Of a stretch of DNA of 64,000 nt, positions 59,231 to 64,000 are shown piece after piece (position 1 is the stretch's first letter; the number at the start of each line of letters is the position of its first letter). The position numbers and the translations under genes are program-made. Under the pieces are notes generated by a model. It was not told the DNA's origin, made no database searches, and saw nothing but the letters and a program-made list of their open reading frames with translations. Source of the DNA: Dudresnaya verticillata (lineage: Eukaryota); assembly GCA_977862235.1 (NCBI GenBank), contig OZ374557.1:1736001-1800000 (forward strand), written 5' to 3'.

Positions 59231-62200
59231 TTCTTGTTCTCGGCTGTTGCTCGGGGCATGGGGACAGTTGCTGTTGGAATCCACGGGGTGTCTCGATACT
59301 TGGAATCTTGGAGCATGAACACTCTTTTGCTAGATGTTTCGCAGCGGTTCTCGGAGATAGCGGCGGCTAGTATCTTGTTTGGTTTCGCCTTGGTCATTGC
59401 ATCTGCGGGGTTGCTGTCACCAGGAATAAGGCATACTGAAGCAATTCTTCCGTCGTGAATCGGCTCGCGGCATCGGTACCCAATCTCAGGGATAGAAGGA
59501 ACCGTTTCATTCATGAGGTTGTCCCAGAGAGTCTGGTTGTCGATGTACACAACAATTGGTACCTCCTTCTTGGCAAGCTGGAAGACGATATTTCGCAAGT
59601 TGTTGATACAGCGAAGTGCGGCATCTAATGCCATAAGCTCTGACTCTTCCGTCGAGTTTGCTCGTCGTGGTGCACGGGAACTCTGCCAGTGGATCATGTT
59701 GAAGACATCGTTGCGATCTGAGATGCTGATAAGGAAGCCAATTTGCGAGTGCTTCGTGGCCAGGTTTTGGAAGGAGGCATCTGAGTATACGCGGATATGG
59801 GTGGACTCCCCATCGAGCGGAGCGAACCTGAGGCTTGCGTATCCACTGTTCTTGATTGCAGCTAATGCATTTTGCGTGTCTACGAGAAGCTGGAGTTGCG
59901 GGTTGGTCTTTTCACCGTTACGCTGTAGGGCAACACTTGCATGGAACGAGGACAAGGGAGATGTTCCAGTGGCAACCCATGCCAGTTTTCCAGCGACTGA
60001 TCGTAGCTCGGAGATCTCTTCATCAGTCATTGGCCTCTGCAGCTCTGGCTTCGTTAAGGCTGTGAGTTCTTCGGACTCACGGCGGTAATGGTCTCAAGGT
60101 ATGCCTTCTGGGACGCGATAACGTGTTCGCCATCCTGTAAGATGTCCAGTCCCTTGAAGTCCGCCGGAGGACGTTGCCTGTCGCGGCATTTGAAGCGTGT
60201 TGCGATCTTGGCTTCTTCTGCTTCTTGAGACTTGGGAATTGCTGAAAGCATGTCATCGGTGCAGAGCAATGTTGCTGCGTTTATCGTCGGGCTATACAGG
60301 AGAGATGGATCGTATATGGACTGCTTGAGGTCGACGATGTTGTCGCAGAGCCATGGAACCAATGTCTTGTTCCAGTATTTACCTGCTTCGACGTCTCCGT
60401 AGACTTGAACGACACCTTTCCAGATGAAGTGCTTCTTGTCGGTGTACATATCGTAGTACTCCCTTGGAGGCCGGTAGTAGATGAGTCGCTTTGTCGGCAT
60501 GCTCTGAAGATAAGCTTTGGTGACGTCTCGGACAATGATGGAGATGCTGTCGTTTTCCTTGCTTAGAGAGTCATTCCAAGTTGGGATGATCGCTAGGAGA
60601 CATCTTATGGTGCACATGGCGACAGTCGGAGCGTTTCCATTGAGGGAGTGTCGAATTTTCGTGCGATGTGAGGCGCTCACAAGTCTTGCTCGGTAACGAA
60701 TCGGAGGGTCTTGTGTGGGTGACCTTTTTATGTGTAGTACCCACTTCATCGGTTGTATCTCGCAATCCGGCTCTGTAGATTGTCGAGGGGTCTCGATGAC
60801 TGCGCGATTATCCAGGAGGAACTTGATTTCGGCCTGTTTTGCTTTCAAGAACTCGGCTTGCTGGGTTTCGGATAAGTTCTTGATGGAATTGATCTCCTCA
60901 GCAGATGTTAACAACGTGAGCTCATCTTCGTCGTTAATGATGTCCGTTTCCCGGAGGGAGATACAGTTGGAGTCAATGGTTCCGGCATCGGAAGTGGAGA
61001 TGGACAGCATGATTGCATCGTCGTCTGTCTCGATGAGTGTACCTGAACGGGTGTTGTCCGTGCTGGCAATGAATGTAGAGTTCAGGAGTTGCGCAATCGG
61101 GGCGTTTCCAGTGGGCGTTGTCGAAGGCACAATGCTATTGTGTTCCTGATCCTGTGTTGGAGTGATGTCAAGTGTCTCGATGTTTTCTGCGTCCTGCTGG
61201 GCTATCTCAGGTGGAAAGTATGCTTCTCCGAAGAATGGCCTGACACGAGTGTCATGGGTAGGGTATAACTTGGAAGAATGAGACACGTATATCGTGGGGC
61301 GATCGATTCTGCCCACAATGCCTTCGCGCCAGCCGTACTTTCGACGGTGGAACCAAACCTTCTCTCCAACATTGAAAGATGGTATCTTCGTGACATGGCG
61401 TCGAGCTGCGTTGAATGCATTGGAAAGCACGTGGGTTGCGCGTAGTCGTGCGGTTTCCGTGCGTGCCATTTCCATCAGTGTGATGCGTCCTTGAACGTTG
61501 ACTGCTGTATCGAGCTCACCAAGTACTCGGGGCATGACACCAAATCTGCTGAAGTGAGGCAGCGTCCTGTTACTGTGCTAAGTGAAGTTCCAAGCCATTT
61601 CAATATCTCCGAGGAGATGTTCGAGGTCGTGTCCAATGTCGTACGTTGTGTCTGCCACGGTCTGCTGTATTGTCTTATGCAGGAATCTGTGGGACCTTTC
61701 GTTCGTTCCGATAGACCACGGAGCTTCAGTTGGGATAGGACATATCTGCGATTCTAACATGCGGAGGCTGTCTGCCATGTACTTGTTCGTCAGGTTCGTG
61801 CCTCGGTCTACGTATGTGTAGTAAGGAGCATCGAATATGGAGATCCATCGTGAGAAGTACGCATGATATGCTGTTCGAGCGCTGTCATCGCGAAGATTGG
61901 ATAGGCGGAGTAGCATGTCTCCAGCGTCTAGCATGACGAGGATGTTGAACTTCTTTACACGAATGATCTCGGGCATCACGTCCAAAGAAACAGCAACGTT
62001 TGGGGTGGATGTCGGAGGGAGAGCGAGCTTAGGTTTGCGTGGCATCTCGACAAATTCATTGCATGGACGACATTGCTTCTGCTGCGCTTCAATGCGGTTC
62101 TTGAGGGCTTGCGGGACCTTGCGGCCTTCTCTTTGTTGGCGAATGAGCTCAATCAATGAGGAGCTTGTCGGGTGTCTCAATACGCTATGCAGATGCTCGA

Positions 62201-64000
62201 CGTTGTTCTCGGTCAGCTTGGAAAACCACCCATCGCGTTCCCATGGTTGCGTAATGTAGGTTGATAACGGGCAATTGTTGTCCACGGGTAATGCGTTAGC
62301 AGCATTGTTCGCGTCGTTTGGATTCTTGATGAGGTTGACAGGCGGGTCGACCAAGTAGTTGAAATGGATGTCCTTCTTTGAGAATGAGAACGCCTGGTTG
62401 ATGAGGTCATTCCAGTTGAAATTCGGGTCCAGGTCGATGTTGCATGGCTCGAAGTTCAACCAAATGTGAGAGTTGACTGCAATAGGAATGGTAGCGTTCC
62501 ACTTGTTCACGATGATGTGGCTTTGTGCTCCATCTCGGAGGCATATGTCGAACGAGTTGCTTCGGAATGTCTGAAGGCCAACCAAGAACGGTATCGGGGT
62601 TGGGGGTAGGACAAACACGACTTGCCGGAAGATATGCTGCTGCCCATGAATATCTTCAACGTTTGCAATTAGGCATGCGGCATGTAGTGCGGAGACTCGA
62701 GTACCTGCGAAGCGAAACGGCTTGACATAATTCGGAAGATGAAGTGTCTGAACAGGTTGCCAGTTCGCCTGGGCTAGCCATGGTAGGCTGCAAATGCTCT
62801 TCGGGGCGCCTGTATCAAGCAGGATGTGCCTGAATACGGAGATGACGCTGTGAGTCATGGTCTCATCGTTTGACCATGGAAGCATAGGTACGAGGAAGTG
62901 ATGAGAAGGAGACGGGTTGTTGTCGTAACTGGTATCGATGACGTATAGGAGTTCGCATATCCAGTTGTCGAAGTCGGAGGTATCCATGCTGTCACTGATG
63001 TCGGCTTCAAAATCGGCAAGGTATGTTGCGATCTCTTCCAGATCATCGGTAGGGTCCTGCTCAATGGCTTCGATGAGCATAACAGCTGCAGATCCAACTT
63101 GCTTCAGGTTATGTAGACGGTTCTCATACTTGCGTCTCTCTGGACAGTTTCGAGCAATGTGACCTTCCATGTTGCATGCGAAGCAGCGGCGAGTACGAAG
63201 TTGAGACGGAACGCGGCTATTCCAACGAGAAGAGTTACCGTATCCTGAGTTACCACGGTAGTTGTTGTATCGCCCGTTTTGACCATGATTTTGGTAACGT
63301 CGTGGGAAGCCTCGATTCTGGTACCTCTGCGGTCGACGGTGTTGAGGCGGCGGTCTTGTTTTGGCGAAGAAGGTGGCGACTAGATCGGGTATCGGGTCAT
63401 GTCCGTTGTCTGGGTTGACAGGAAACATGGGAGTACCGGGTTGCTTCTTGCGTTTGTTGCGGTCATCGTGGTTGGAAGCGGCAGTCTTAAGAAGTTGTCC
63501 AAATGAGAGAGGGTCTTGGTTCGGAGTCGTGCGCTCATAGAGAGTCATACACCACGGGAGATCCTTGAATATCGCACGGATGCGTTCGAGAAGTGTCGCA
63601 TTGTTGTTCATGTGAGCGGGGAGGTCTTTGCAGTGAGCCGTGAGGTAGTCAATACAATTGCCAGTGGCTTCATGCTCTGAACTAACCTTGTTGCGAAAGT
63701 CAGCATACTGAAGAGCGTTCCAACGGTTCATCTTGCGTTGTTGGGTGTTGTGTTCCTTGACAAGAATGTTGGAAAGACCTTCAACAAATTCATCGATGGT
63801 GGCCGAGTTAGACCGGATGCGTTGCGCAGCGTCTTTGGCACGACCAGTTAAGACAGAGAAGAGTGTCGGAACCTTGTGCTCATCGGGTACCTTTGATGCA
63901 TCCATCTGGTCCAGAAACGGCTGCAAGCGGTGGAAGAATGGTTCTTCTTCATCGCCAGTGATGCGATCTGACTTGTCAAAAATGGAGGTGATAATCTTGA
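59227..64000 (-). pseudogene. pol: Copia gag-pol polyprotein with one in-frame TAG (61578-61580) and one frameshift (~60050)
   Basis: CFACNMEGHIARNC; LLDTGA; H-x4-H...CRPC, LDV, VDRG, NER; RYRARLV, DVTKAYLQ, CTDDML; YSDASF, ESEL, YIDNQ, NPADAMTK. Confidence 0.93.

Larger units (their letters stand above)
57583..64000 (-). mobile_element. Ty1/Copia LTR retrotransposon; 5' part runs off the window
   Basis: Order gag-PR-INT-RT-RH on the minus strand, followed by PPT and LTR. Confidence 0.92.

Overview
Transposon-dense eukaryotic nuclear DNA, most likely from a red alga. The evidence is embedded plastid fragments: red-type rbcL, apcA/apcE, psbV, ycf23 and accA. The species cannot be determined from the sequence alone. 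Layout: (1) 1-8.3 kb holds repeats and orphan or degenerate ORFs built around a recurring ~60-bp module. (2) 8.3-32.6 kb is a nest of decayed Ty3/Gypsy retrotransposons: two gag-pol elements, the 3' end of a third, three solo LTRs with perfect 5-bp TSDs, one LTR without a TSD, a Helentron-like insertion and a PIF1 helicase remnant. Both Gypsy elements carry homologous antisense ORFs. (3) 35-57.3 kb is a cluster of long, apparently intron-poor ORFs: a Ulp1/SENP-like protease, an orphan gene, a KDZ (Kyakuja-Dileera-Zisupton)-like transposase, a Upf1/Sen1-like SF1 helicase and a second orphan. I interpret it as a candidate giant multi-gene DNA transposon, but I did not find its termini. Inside it, between palindrome clusters, is a 2.3-kb mosaic of at least 15 short plastid-genome pieces. 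(4) 57.6-64 kb is a minus-strand Ty1/Copia element with an antisense ORF that has a papain-like Cys/His/Asp pattern. All family calls come from motif recognition by eye; no database searches were run.
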